This document shows positions 1 to 10,177 of a DNA stretch of 64,000 bases, in pieces. Source of the DNA: Terriglobia bacterium (GTDB lineage: Bacteria > Acidobacteriota > Terriglobia > 20CM-2-55-15). The first letter of the stretch is position 1. Every line of letters begins with the position of its first letter. The DNA lies in the NCBI GenBank assembly GCA_965218585.1, contig CBDCLE010000017.1:96001-160000 (forward strand). The letters are read 5' to 3'. The notes under the pieces were generated by a model. It searched no databases, was not told the DNA's origin, and was given only the letters and a program-made list of their open reading frames with translations. The translations under genes and the position numbers were made by a program.

Positions 1-42
1 GAGTCATGAGGGGTCGGACCCCATGGGACCGGTACGCTAAAG

Positions 43-900
43 ATGAACTTCGGCATTTCAACCTATGCTTTCGGCGACGAGGAAATTTCCCCCCGGCTCC
101 TGGATCACCTTCTCCGGGCGGGCTTCACGCGGATCGAACTATTTGCCAACCGCCCGCACTGGAACTACCACGACAGAGGCCTCACAAAAGAACTGGCCCG
201 ATGGTTTCAGACCAACGATGTCGAGCCTCCGTTCCTGCATCTTCCGTTCTTCGAACAAAAAGGAAAAGGCGACGTTCGACCGATCTCAGCATTGGCAAAC
301 AACGAACGCGACCGGAAACACGCTATCGACGAAGTCAAGCGGGCACTCGAATTCACGGACCTGCAATCTGTAGCTCACGTCGTCGTGCACCTGGGTGTGC
401 CCCGGCAGGAGTTCACTCCTCTCCTGTTCGAGCATGCATACGCTCTTATGCGACATATTTCGGAATTTGCCGGCGTAAACATCGTTATAGAAAACATCCC
501 GAACGAAATATCGACGATAGAACGCATTGCCGAGTTCCTGAATGTGTCCCAACTTCCCGAGATTCGAATCTGCTACGATACCGGCCACGGGCGCCTTCAG
601 GGTCCGCTTCCCCAACTGGATGGAGTTGCCCAGATTCACCTCAGTGACAACAACGGCAGCCTGGACGACCATCTGTGGCCGTTCGAAGGACAATTAAACT
701 GGCCCGAGTTCGTCCGAGAACTTGTAAGATCAGGCTTTGCGGGCCCGATGGTGTTCGAAGCACTGAATCCGGACGTCGATCGCGGCCGGGAAGCTCGAAG
801 CCGTTTGCAAGATTTGATCGACGAGGCGAGTCGGTCGGACGAGGAGTTTGCTAGAAAATACCGGCTGGACCTGAACAACGATGACAACGACCTACATTGA
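43..900 (+). CDS. Sugar phosphate isomerase/epimerase (xylose isomerase-like/AP endonuclease 2 TIM barrel)
   Basis: 285 aa ORF with metal-ligand pattern [26 protein letters not shown]; overlaps the asnS start. Confidence 0.8.
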   Translation: MNFGISTYAFGDEEISPRLLDHLLRAGFTRIELFANRPHWNYHDRGLTKELARWFQTNDVEPPFLHLPFFEQKGKGDVRPISALANNERDRKHAIDEVKRALEFTDLQSVAHVVVHLGVPRQEFTPLLFEHAYALMRHISEFAGVNIVIENIPNEISTIERIAEFLNVSQLPEIRICYDTGHGRLQGPLPQLDGVAQIHLSDNNGSLDDHLWPFEGQLNWPEFVRELVRSGFAGPMVFEALNPDVDRGREARSRLQDLIDEASRSDEEFARKYRLDLNNDDNDLH

Positions 901-2182
901 AGATATCGGCAAGCACGTCGGCCAAGAAGTAACCGTTCGTGGTTGGCTTCACAATAAACGTTCGAGCGGAAAGCTCCGCTTTCTCATCGTTCGCGACGGT
1001 ACGGGCTACATACAGGCCGTCGTCTTCAAGAAAGCCGTACCGGAAGAAACTTTCCAGGCCGCAACCGATCTGACCCACGAGTCTTCGTTCACGGTAACGG
1101 GAACTGTTCGAGCCGACGAACGGGCACCCGGCGGGCACGAAATGGATGTCACCGCTATCGAGGCACTTCAGATCGTAGGGGCGGAGGAAGAATTCCCGAT
1201 CACACCCAAGGAACACGGCATCGAGTTCCTTATGGACCACCGCCATCTCTGGATTCGTTCCAGGCGCCAACGTGCAATCCTCAAGGTCCGGCACGAAATC
1301 ATCCGCGCTGCGCGCGACTTCCTCGACGACGATGGGTTCACGCTCTGCGACACGCCCATCCTGACCCCGGCAGCCTGCGAAGGAACGACGACGCTTTTCG
1401 AGGTGGACTACTTTGACGAAAATGCCTTCCTCGCTCAATCGGGACAACTTTATGGCGAGGCTACTGCAGCGGCCCTGGGTAAGGTCTACAATTTCGGTCC
1501 CACCTTCAGGGCCGAAAAATCGAAGACGCGTCGTCATCTGACCGAATTCTGGATGGTCGAACCCGAAGTGGCCTACGCCACGGTAGAAGACATGATGGAC
1601 CTCTCAGAAAGATACATCAGTCACATCGTCGGGCGTGTCCTCGATCGCAGAGGAGAAGAACTCAATGACCTCGAGCGCGACGTATCTACTCTCGAGAAGA
1701 TTTCCCCGCCGTTCCCCCGTATTTCCTACGACGAGGCCATCGAGATTCTTCAGAAAAACGGTTCAGAAATTCAATGGGGAAGCGATTTCGGAGGAACGGA
1801 CGAGACGATCCTGTCCGAACACTTTGAAAAACCTGTCCTGATCCACCGGTATCCGTCGGCGATCAAGGCCTTCTACATGGAACCAGACGCCGAAAGGCCC
1901 GAAGTTGCCCTGTGTCTGGACGTTCTGGCGCCGGAAGGTTACGGGGAGATCATCGGCGGGGGGCAACGAACCGCCAACCATCAACTCCTTCTCGAGCGAA
2001 TCGAGGAGCACGATCTCCCACGAAAGGATTTCGAGTGGTACCTGGATTTGAGGAAGTTCGGATCGGTACCCCATTCCGGATTTGGAATGGGAATTGAACG
2101 CGTGGTCGCGTGGATCTGCCGTCTGGATCACGTGAGGGAAACAATCCCTTTTCCGCGGATGCTCTACAGGCTGAGCCCATAG
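881..2182 (+). CDS. asnS: Asparagine--tRNA ligase
   Basis: N-terminal OB fold ([13 protein letters not shown]), class II motifs [24 protein letters not shown] and [18 protein letters not shown]. Confidence 0.95.
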   Translation: MTTTYIEDIGKHVGQEVTVRGWLHNKRSSGKLRFLIVRDGTGYIQAVVFKKAVPEETFQAATDLTHESSFTVTGTVRADERAPGGHEMDVTAIEALQIVGAEEEFPITPKEHGIEFLMDHRHLWIRSRRQRAILKVRHEIIRAARDFLDDDGFTLCDTPILTPAACEGTTTLFEVDYFDENAFLAQSGQLYGEATAAALGKVYNFGPTFRAEKSKTRRHLTEFWMVEPEVAYATVEDMMDLSERYISHIVGRVLDRRGEELNDLERDVSTLEKISPPFPRISYDEAIEILQKNGSEIQWGSDFGGTDETILSEHFEKPVLIHRYPSAIKAFYMEPDAERPEVALCLDVLAPEGYGEIIGGGQRTANHQLLLERIEEHDLPRKDFEWYLDLRKFGSVPHSGFGMGIERVVAWICRLDHVRETIPFPRMLYRLSP

Positions 2183-2195
2183 CCGTACTCTTACA

Positions 2196-2251
2196 CTGAC
2201 GCCTCGGCTTCGCCTCGTTGTCCACCCGCACCGGAGGCCGGTGCGGGTCCT
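2196..2251 (+). repeat. Dispersed intergenic hairpin repeat, copy 1
   Basis: CTGACGCCTCGGCTTCGCCTCGTTGTCCACCCGCACCGGAGGCCGGTGCGGGTCCT, near-identical to 7808-7864; ends in a GC-rich hairpin. Confidence 0.8.
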
Positions 2252-2366
2252 CCCCCTTGGTCAAAGTATCGATGAGTCCTGAAAGGGCTTCCAATCAGTA
2301 TGATTGCGTGGGGGGACCGGACCGGCATTCGAGTTCCCGAGCAACATCGAATCGCGAAAAGGTCAG

Positions 2367-2535
2367 TGCACTCTCGACGGTTTGGGTTATTGGGGGACGG
2401 TGGGCCCGGCGCTAATGACGTCAGCGAGCTGCGCCGGTCGTTCGGCCACGATGGCCGTCTGAACAACCGAGCGCAATCTTTCAGCCAACGGGGAGGGGCC
2501 TCCATCTCTAAGCGTCGACCGAAGGACGAGTGGCA
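2367..2535 (+). ncRNA. Structured ncRNA candidate, 6S RNA-like rod with central bubble
   Basis: Outer arms pair (TGCACTC-TCGACG with CGTCGA...GAGTGGCA), long terminal stem 2430-2475, unpaired central region, G-U pairs favour + strand; followed by hairpin GGACAG-AG-CTGTCC and a T run. Confidence 0.4.
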
Positions 2536-2570
2536 ACTCTCGGAATGGACAGAGCTGTCCGCCCCTTTTC

Positions 2571-3179
2571 CTACTCTCCCACCAACCTCACCAGCTCAGC
2601 GTAAACCTCTTCGACACGCCTCCGTGTATCTTCCAGCGACCCCGAATTATCCACAACGAAATCAGCGTGTCCTGCCTTTTCCTCGAGAGGCATCTGGGAT
2701 TCAATCCTGGCCTCAATGGCCTCGGGCGTCAAACCGGGGCGCCCAGCAAGACGGTTCCGTTGCTGCTGGGGCTGGCAGGTCACCACCACCAGTCGATCGA
2801 ATCGTTTGTAGCCTCCTGACTCGACCATCAACGCTGCATCGACAATAGCAATGGCGTTCGGATCTTCACGTCGGACACTTTCCAGAAATGCGTCCTGGCG
2901 CGCCTTGACTGCAGGATGCACAAGCGAATTCAGTGTTTCTCGTTGGGAACGCTCACTGAAGACGATGGCAGCCAGCTTTGACCTGTCGATCCCTCCTCCC
3001 TCATCGAGAATCCCGGGACCGAATTCGGCAACGACCGCCTCATGCACTTCTTCGCCGGCTTCAAATAACTCGTGTGTGATCTGGTCAGAATCGATCAGGC
3101 GACAACCCAGTGCGACGAACATCTCCCCGACGCGCGTCTTGCCACAGCCGATCCCTCCTGTGAGACCGACGCTCAGCAC
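2571..3179 (-). CDS. coaE: Dephospho-CoA kinase
   Basis: GLTGGIGCGKT P-loop, IDSD, HPAV, RIESQMP; true start is the GTG at 3179, the longer ORF reads through the MITE. Confidence 0.93.
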   Translation of the reverse strand: MLSVGLTGGIGCGKTRVGEMFVALGCRLIDSDQITHELFEAGEEVHEAVVAEFGPGILDEGGGIDRSKLAAIVFSERSQRETLNSLVHPAVKARQDAFLESVRREDPNAIAIVDAALMVESGGYKRFDRLVVVTCQPQQQRNRLAGRPGLTPEAIEARIESQMPLEEKAGHADFVVDNSGSLEDTRRRVEEVYAELVRLVGE

Positions 3180-3180
3180 G

Positions 3181-3452
3181 AGTGACCTGTACCACCCATA
3201 TTGGGACCAGCGCCGATGGGTCCTGCGGGTGAGATCGCGGCGGGAGACGGAAGTCGATGTTTTCGCATCGACGACGGCTCGCAACAAAGATATCGCCCGC
3301 AATCCCCATCGGCCCGGAGGGTTGAGGCGAAACGGCGCCGTCTTCGTTGTCGTCGACTCGTCGGAATGAGGAGCATTCCCTCCTCATCGACTCCTAGAAT
3401 CCGGAGTCGTTTGGCCGCAACGCTGGTCCCAATATGGGTGGTACAGGTCACT
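3181..3452. mobile_element. MITE-like element, 272 bp, with perfect 32 bp terminal inverted repeats
   Basis: AGTGACCTGTACCACCCATATTGGGACCAGCG (3181-3212) is the exact reverse complement of 3421-3452; internal hairpins; no coding capacity. Confidence 0.85.
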
Positions 3453-4371
3453 AGATGTCTCTCCGCAGGCGGGCTCCGGTTATCGTGTTCTTCATCAGTA
3501 CCGCTATCGTCATGGGTCCGGCGCCACCGGGAACAGGAGACAACATCGACGCAACTTCCAGTGCATCCCGCTCATGAACGTCGCCCGCCCAGATGTAGCC
3601 CCTCTTGTCGAATTGGTCGAGCCGCGGCGACTCTTCGCCGAACAACCGCTCGACCTCGTCCCGATCCGTCACCTGATTCGTCCCCACGTCAATGACGACG
3701 GCACCCGGCTTTATGAAATCGCCGGTCACCATCGCGAGGCGACCAATTGCTGCCACGACGATATCGGCCTCTCGTGTGACCGAAGCAAGATCCCTCGTCC
3801 GCGAGTGACAGATCGTGACCGTCGCGTGCCGGTGCATGAGCAGCATCGCCATGGGTTTGCCTACATCGTCACTACGGCCCAACACAACTGCCCGTGCTCC
3901 TTCGATCTGCACCCCGGACCTCTGAAGCATCTCCAGAACACCCAGAGGTGTACAGGCCACGAGGCCCTGGTGACCGAGAACAAGTGAGCCAATATTGGAG
4001 GAATGAAATCCATCGACGTCCTTGAGGGGAGCGACAGCCTCCAGAACCCTGTGTTTATCAACCTGCTCAGGCAGAGGCAACTGGACGAGAATGCCGTCGA
4101 TCGAGTCGTCCTTATTCAGTTCGTCGATACGTTCAAGCAGTTCGGTCTCCCTGATGTCCTCGGGAAGATCCAGTTTGAGGCTCCTCATCCCCAGCCGCTC
4201 GCACATTCGCGCTTTCATGCCGACATATGAAGCCGATGCCGGGTTGCTACCGACCAGGACGACCGCCAGACCGGGTGTGACCCCTTTTCTCTTCAACATC
4301 TCAACGTCGGCGGCGACCTCTTCCTGTATCTGCTTGGCGATCCCGGTTCCGTTGATTAAGGTAGCTGCCAC
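3451..4371 (-). CDS. folD: Bifunctional methylenetetrahydrofolate dehydrogenase/cyclohydrolase
   Basis: YVGMK, GILVQLPLP, KDVDGFH, CTPLG, VIDVG, PVPGGAGPMT; GTG start after GGAGAGAGG. Confidence 0.95.
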   Translation of the reverse strand: MAATLINGTGIAKQIQEEVAADVEMLKRKGVTPGLAVVLVGSNPASASYVGMKARMCERLGMRSLKLDLPEDIRETELLERIDELNKDDSIDGILVQLPLPEQVDKHRVLEAVAPLKDVDGFHSSNIGSLVLGHQGLVACTPLGVLEMLQRSGVQIEGARAVVLGRSDDVGKPMAMLLMHRHATVTICHSRTRDLASVTREADIVVAAIGRLAMVTGDFIKPGAVVIDVGTNQVTDRDEVERLFGEESPRLDQFDKRGYIWAGDVHERDALEVASMLSPVPGGAGPMTIAVLMKNTITGARLRRDI

Positions 4372-4441
4372 AAAAAAACCTCTCTCCATAAAATAGATCC
4401 CATCATACACTGCTTCCCAGTGGGTTAATTGGCTCCACAGA

Positions 4442-6550
4442 TTGACGATGACGACCCTGTTTACACTACTGATAGCGATTACGCTCCCAACCGGTTTGAT
4501 CGAGCGCGCGCTCGATTTCTTTGAGCGGGGAGACTATCGGACCTCGGCCGAACTGCTGGATGAGGCCGCTGCGGTTGATCCCGAAGAGTTTCAACTAAAC
4601 AACCTGCACTACCTGCGCGGACGGATCGCTCTGGAAGAAGAAGATTGGTCGCGGGCGGAATCTGAGTTCGCACAAGTATCCGAGAGTAGCGTTCTCGGTG
4701 ACCTTGCCTTGTGGCACCGCGGGCGCGTTGCACTTCGAGACAGTCGTAGTGGGGACACACTTCGGTTTCTGACCCTGCTGGGACCAGGTTTCCCCGACGC
4801 GCTCCGTCTCGAATTGGCCGAGGGCGCCCCAGAGGATGTCGCCCTGACCATTTACCGGTCGGTGTCGGGCCGAGAGTCGCAGTGGAAGCAGGCGTCGATC
4901 CTGGACGACGAAGACGCGATGTGGCAGCTCCTGAACCTCAGCCGCGGCGACGAATTCGCCCTTACAGGCAGCCAGAAGACTGGATGGAAGACCCGCGACT
5001 CCGGCCGAAAGCCTCCGGTTGGCGAAAACATTCCACACTCACCGCATCTTCGATCGGGCCGAAGCCATCTATTCGACGCTGCTCGAAGATCGCTCCGCGA
5101 TCGGTGCCCAGGCCCATTACGAGTTGGGCCGGACTTACTTTCAAAGACTACGGTATGACGATGCCATCGCCGTATATCGGGCCACGACCGAAAGATTTCC
5201 CGACACCGACTGGGAACGCGAGGCGGATGAGCAGATCCCGCCGAATTACTGGCGCAGCCTGGACTACCCCAGGGCCATCGCGGCCTATGAGGCACTGATC
5301 GACAATACGACGATGACCCGGACCTCTATCAATCGGCGCTCCGCGACATGATCGACATCCGTCGCGCGATGGGCGAGGTGGACCAAGCGCAGCGTTTGAT
5401 CGACCAGGCACTGGCTGCGAGCCCCGATAGGAGGGACCGGGCCGTCCTCACCTTCACCCGGGCCAAGATCCATCATGGCGAAGGACAGTACGCCGAAGCG
5501 CTCGGATCGTTTAGCCAGCTTCGCGGCGTGCGAACAGGCCGGGCAGCTAACGGAACGGATCAGACCGAAGTGCGGTTTTTTGAAGCGGCCAGCCTCGAAG
5601 CGCTAGGGCGCACCGACGAAGCACATGCGATCTGGACCGAGCTTTCCGAAGAGCCCTTCGGTTACTACGGCCTTCGATCTTTCGAGAAACTCGGCGACAG
5701 CTCAGCTCCTTCCGCCACACTGCAACAGATGGTCTCGAGGGCCAGGGAGACTCCTGCGGCCTCTCTATGCGGCGAGGCCTCCAACCTGGATTTCATCGAT
5801 GTGGTTCGGCAGCGACGACTCTCAAGGACACGTGGTTTTCTCACACCGGGATCTGTAGAAACAGACCTGGTGGGAGAGCTGGTCTTTCTGCGTCAATGGG
5901 ACGAAGCGTTCTACTGGGCAAACCGTGTCGCCTCCAGATGGAGAGACCAGGCACTGGCCGATTTGGCATATCTCGCTTCAGATTTCAGGCGCTCGATGCT
6001 TTACGCGGACCGTTTGAGACCGGTCGCCGACATAGGGTTGTTCTCACTGGACGCGGAGTATTCGCCTGAGACACGGGTTCTCATGGACATGCTCTACCCT
6101 ACGGCGTTCCGGGATATCGTCTGTCGAGAAGCCCAAGCCGCGGCCGTCAATCCGCTCTGGTTACACGCCATCATGTGGCAGGAGAGCCGATACAACCCCG
6201 AGGCACTCTCCAGCGCGTCGGCCCGAGGCCTGATGCAGTTCATCCCGGAAACAGCGACTCGCATCGCCAACGAAGTTGGGCTGACGGACTTCATGCTGGA
6301 CGACCTGTACCGGTCCGAGATCAGCATTCGCCTCGGCGCGCGTTACTGGGCCGAACTGATTGAAGTGTTCGGAAGTCCCGAACTGGCACTGGCCGCATAC
6401 AACGGCGGTGAAAGAAACGTCGAGCGTTGGCGGGCAAAATCAGAGCTGGAAGATACGGAAAGCTTCGTCTCCGACATCGGTTTCACCCAAACGAAGGCCT
6501 ACGTTCGCGAAGTCTTCGGACTCTTCGCGAAATATGCCCATCTTCTTTAG
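4442..6550 (+). CDS. TPR-containing soluble lytic murein transglycosylase (Slt70-like), split by two indels
   Basis: Signal peptide, TPR helices, C-terminal SLT motifs QESRYNP, ARGLMQF, LAAYNGG; frames rejoin with one extra C near 4960 and one missing base near 5305. Confidence 0.85.
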
Positions 6551-6574
6551 CGGATCTCGGCTCCGGACATTTTC

Positions 6575-7350
6575 ATGAACAAGCCATTCAACTGGAAGCT
6601 TTTCTTCATCGTCTGGGGTGCGGCCCTGGTTGGGGCGGTGGCGATCATACCGTTTGCCCTAACAATTCAGGCCCCTCTCCTGGAGGCCACTGATCTCCCA
6701 CTGCCCCTATGGCAGCTCATCGTTCTTGGATTGGTTCAAAGTATGGTGTTGGTGAGCCTGGCTGCCGGCATAGGCCTCTTGCTTGCCGGCAAGGTCGGTC
6801 TTGGGCTTCCGCTGGTGGAAGCCTGGCTACGGAAAGAACCTCTCCAGAAACAGGCGGTACTAGGCCTGCCGTAATCGGCGGCGTTGCCGCTGCATTAGTC
6901 ATCGTCGGCCTCGAACTGGCCCTCTTCGCTCCCCTGCTCGGAGGGAGCGGCATCACGTTCCCCGAAAACGCACAGCCTGCCGTTTGGCAGGGCCTTCTGG
7001 CGGCGTTTTATGGCGGAATCACCGAAGAAGTTCTGGTTCGCCTCTTCCTGATGACCTTACTGGTCTGGATCGGCTCTCTGCTGACACGGTCCCAGCACGG
7101 CTCCGTAGTCCTGTGGATTGCAATCGTTCTGGCTGCAGTCGCATTCGGACTGGGTCACCTTCCGGCAACTGCAGCGTTGGGAATACCGCTGAACGGGCTG
7201 GTCATCACCCGAGCGATCGTGCTCAACGGAGTGGGAGGATTGTTGTTTGGTTGGTTGTATGCCAGACGCGGACTCGAAAGCGCCGTGGTCGCGCACTACT
7301 CGGCCGACATCATGCTCCTCGTTGTATTGCCTCTGACAGGACTCTTGTAG
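6575..7350 (+). CDS. CPBP (CAAX/Abi) intramembrane glutamic endopeptidase, frameshifted near 6860
   Basis: GITEEVLVR, FGLGH and AH motifs; hydrophobic N-terminal part in a different frame (6575-6874). Confidence 0.8.
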
Positions 7351-7367
7351 CTTCCGGCGAATACGAA

Positions 7368-7751
7368 CTACTGCCCACGCACACGGTCAGGCGTGATCGT
7401 GATGACGACGCGAACCTCACCCGGCGGGTCCAGGTCGTACCGGTCTTTTCCCAGGAAGCGCTGGGCCAGCGAGTCGACAAACGCGTTGTCGATGTCGTCT
7501 TCTATAGTGGCCTTGCCGCGAATCTCGACGTAGTGTCCTCCGTTGTCGGGATCGGAGACCTCGATCGTGACCGTTGGATTCGCACTCAGGTTCTTGAACT
7601 TCTGCCGGCTCTTGCCCGTGCTTATCTTGACAACATCGCCGTCGCGAGCGACAAGGACGGGTGTGATCTGGATGCTGCCGTTCGGCATAAGAGTCCCGAC
7701 GTGACCGATGGTTTTCTTCTCAAAAATGTCATTGAACTGCGCTGGGATCAT
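7368..7751 (-). CDS. PPOX-class F420-dependent oxidoreductase
   Basis: GTLMPNGSIQITPV, RQKFKNLSANP, YVEIRG, RVVITITP pattern; 127 aa; RBS AGGAG. Confidence 0.8.
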   Translation of the reverse strand: MIPAQFNDIFEKKTIGHVGTLMPNGSIQITPVLVARDGDVVKISTGKSRQKFKNLSANPTVTIEVSDPDNGGHYVEIRGKATIEDDIDNAFVDSLAQRFLGKDRYDLDPPGEVRVVITITPDRVRGQ

Positions 7752-7807
7752 TCCTGTCTCCTTCTTCTATTGATGCCGTAATTTGTGCAGCGACTATTCA
7801 TATTATT

Positions 7808-7864
7808 CTGACGCCTCGGCTCCGCCTCGTTGTCCACCTGCACCCTCGGAAGGGTGCGGGTCCT
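7808..7864 (+). repeat. Dispersed intergenic hairpin repeat, copy 2
   Basis: Near-identical to 2196-2251 with an altered hairpin loop. Confidence 0.8.
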
Positions 7865-7901
7865 TCTCCGGGATCAATTAAACCCTCCGCACGATCATCC
7901 G

Positions 7902-9083
7902 TTAATCTCCCAGCGAAGCCTCCCATGCCTCGCCATACTTGTATCCGCTTCCCGTATTGAACAGAACCACGGTCTCGTCGGGTTGGATCTTTCCCTGCCC
8001 GACAAGTTTCTCCACGGCCACGAGCCCGGCACCGCCCTCCGGTGCGGCAAAGACACCCTCGAGTCGGGCCATGTTCCGGCACGCCGTCATCGTCTCCTCG
8101 TCGGTGGCGGCAACAGCCGCACCCTGGCTCTCATAGAGGGCGTCCAGAATGAGAAAGTCGCCCAGCGCCTTGGGTACGCGGAGACCCGCGGCCAGCGTGG
8201 CGGCGTTGTCCCAGAACTCACTGCTGTCGCTGTGCTGCTCGAACGCTCTTACGATAGGGGCACAGCCGGCCGCCTGCGCCGAAATCATGCGTGGACGCCT
8301 GGAGTCTATCCAACCCATGGTTTCCATCTCCTCGAAGGCCTTCCACATTCCGATCATGCCGACACCCCCGCCGGTGGGATAGACAATTACGTCCGGCAGT
8401 CTTCCCCCAAACCTCTCCCAGAGCTCGTAACCCATCGTCTTCTTGCCTTCGATCCGGTACGGCTCCTTGAGAGTAGACACTTCGAACCAACCCTCCCGGT
8501 CCTTATGCTCCGCAATGAACTTTCCACAATCAGAAATCAGGCCGTCGATCTCGCGCACATCCGCCCCGAAGGCACGGGACTCGAGGACATTGGCTGCCGG
8601 TGTGTCCCCGGGCATCGCGATCACGCAACCCAGTCCCGCCTTTGCCGCGTATGCTGCCGCCGCCCCCCCGGCGTTTCCCGCCGTGGGGACGGCCAGGGTC
8701 GTCGCTCCAAGAGCTTTGGCCATCGTAACCGCTGCCGAAAGTCCACGGGCCTTGAACGAGCCTGTCGGATTGAGTCCCTCGTCCTTTATGTAAAGACCAC
8801 CGAGTCCCAGGTGTTCACCGAGTCGGCGAGCGTGAACCAGGGGCGTCATGCCCTCCCCCAGGCTAACCGGTGGTCCGTCGGGCAGGACTTCTTCGTACCG
8901 CCACATCGTGTGGGTGCGCGTTTGAAGGGTGTCCAGTGTCAGCGTCTCTTTTGCAATCGACAGGTCATAGCGGGCAAGCAGGGGTGAGTTGCAGACGGGG
9001 CACAGGTTCTGTAAGGAGGAGTATGCGACCTCTTCCCCGCAAGCCGAACGTGAACACTGAAGGTTTCGAAGAGTGGAAGACAT
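7902..9083 (-). CDS. thrC: Threonine synthase (PLP, fold type II)
   Basis: SLGEGMTPL, NPTGSFKARG (PLP lysine), TAGNAG, PTGGG, NTGSG; N-terminal Cys pairs. Confidence 0.85.
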   Translation of the reverse strand: MSSTLRNLQCSRSACGEEVAYSSLQNLCPVCNSPLLARYDLSIAKETLTLDTLQTRTHTMWRYEEVLPDGPPVSLGEGMTPLVHARRLGEHLGLGGLYIKDEGLNPTGSFKARGLSAAVTMAKALGATTLAVPTAGNAGGAAAAYAAKAGLGCVIAMPGDTPAANVLESRAFGADVREIDGLISDCGKFIAEHKDREGWFEVSTLKEPYRIEGKKTMGYELWERFGGRLPDVIVYPTGGGVGMIGMWKAFEEMETMGWIDSRRPRMISAQAAGCAPIVRAFEQHSDSSEFWDNAATLAAGLRVPKALGDFLILDALYESQGAAVAATDEETMTACRNMARLEGVFAAPEGGAGLVAVEKLVGQGKIQPDETVVLFNTGSGYKYGEAWEASLGD

Positions 9084-9126
9084 CGGGACAGTTTACTAGG
9101 TTCGGTCGGTGATCGCATTTCTTGTT

Positions 9127-9151
9127 GTGCACTCATAGAGTGCACCTACAG
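9127..9151 (-). repeat. GTAG-type REP palindrome
   Basis: Reverse strand CTGTAG-GTGCACTC-TAT-GAGTGCAC; same layout as 20031-20094 and 22497-22521. Confidence 0.7.
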
Positions 9152-9227
9152 AAACGATGGATATCTATTATCGGAGGGGGCTGCTAACCTCTTGGCGAAA
9201 CCTGCCCCGATCCTTAAGGAGTACCCG

Positions 9228-10148
9228 ATGAACCGGTCGATACCCACGAGCACCTTCGGAGCCAGGGCTAGGGCTCAAGATGTTGTCGGCGGGATGAATC
9301 TCGACGGGCAGGTTGCCCTCGTCACCGGTTGCAATTCGGGCATCGGGCTGGAAACCATGCGCGCACTGGTGGCATCCGGAGCACACGTCATCGGGACCGG
9401 CCGGTCCATAGAAAAAGCCACAACCGCCTGTGCGAACGTCGGCGGAAGGACAACGCCCATCGAACTGGACTTGTCGGACTTCGAGTCGGTGGCGCGCGGA
9501 GCCGAGCAGGTAACAGCCATGAATCTGCCGATCGATATGTTGATCTGCAATGCCGGAATCATTGGTCCGGGGCGTCTGGAAATGATCAACGGAATCGAAA
9601 AAACCTTTTCAGTGAATCACCTGGGACACTTTGTTCTGGTACACCGGCTGCTCTCCTCCGTCTCCGCAGCCAAGGCGGGTCGGATTGTTCACGTCAGCAG
9701 CATGGCAGCCCTTCGCGGTGCACGAGACGGCATCAACTTCGACAATCTGCGCGGCAAGGGTCAATACAGTGTGTTTGGGGCTTATGGAGTTTCCAAACTT
9801 GCTAACGCGCTTTTTTCCAGGCAACTCGCGAAACGACTCCAGGACAGCAACGTGGCATCGAACGCCTTGCATCCGGGTTTCGTGAGAACCAACCTGGGCA
9901 GAGAGGTCCCCGTTGTCATGCGATTTGTGTTCAAAGCCATGGCGCGGCTGCTAGCTAAGAACACGGAGCAGGGAGCCGCCACGACCTGCTACGTCGCGGC
10001 CAGTCCGTTGCTCGACGGGGTCAGCGGCGAATTCTTTTCGGACTGCAATCCTCTGGTGACCAAGAACAAATATCATATTGAGAACGACGACATGGCGGAA
10101 GAGCTATGGAAGGTGTCGGAGGAAATGACAGCGGATTACCTGACTTAG
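9228..10148 (+). CDS. SDR family oxidoreductase (retinol dehydrogenase/WWOX-like)
   Basis: TGCNSGIG, CNAG, NHLGHF, YGVSK, LHPG; RBS AAGGAG. Confidence 0.9.
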   Translation: MNRSIPTSTFGARARAQDVVGGMNLDGQVALVTGCNSGIGLETMRALVASGAHVIGTGRSIEKATTACANVGGRTTPIELDLSDFESVARGAEQVTAMNLPIDMLICNAGIIGPGRLEMINGIEKTFSVNHLGHFVLVHRLLSSVSAAKAGRIVHVSSMAALRGARDGINFDNLRGKGQYSVFGAYGVSKLANALFSRQLAKRLQDSNVASNALHPGFVRTNLGREVPVVMRFVFKAMARLLAKNTEQGAATTCYVAASPLLDGVSGEFFSDCNPLVTKNKYHIENDDMAEELWKVSEEMTADYLT

Positions 10149-10177
10149 CAGCCGCGGAACGCAAGCCGGAACTGAAC

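Noticed and set aside
2300-2585. tmRNA, tRNA or SRP RNA in the asnS-coaE gap
   Set aside because: No acceptor stem with T-arm and CCA, no tag reading frame, no SRP GGAA/AGCAG loop
3180-3302. N-terminal extension of CoaE in the ORF track
   Set aside because: It is read through MITE sequence; homology starts at GTG 3179
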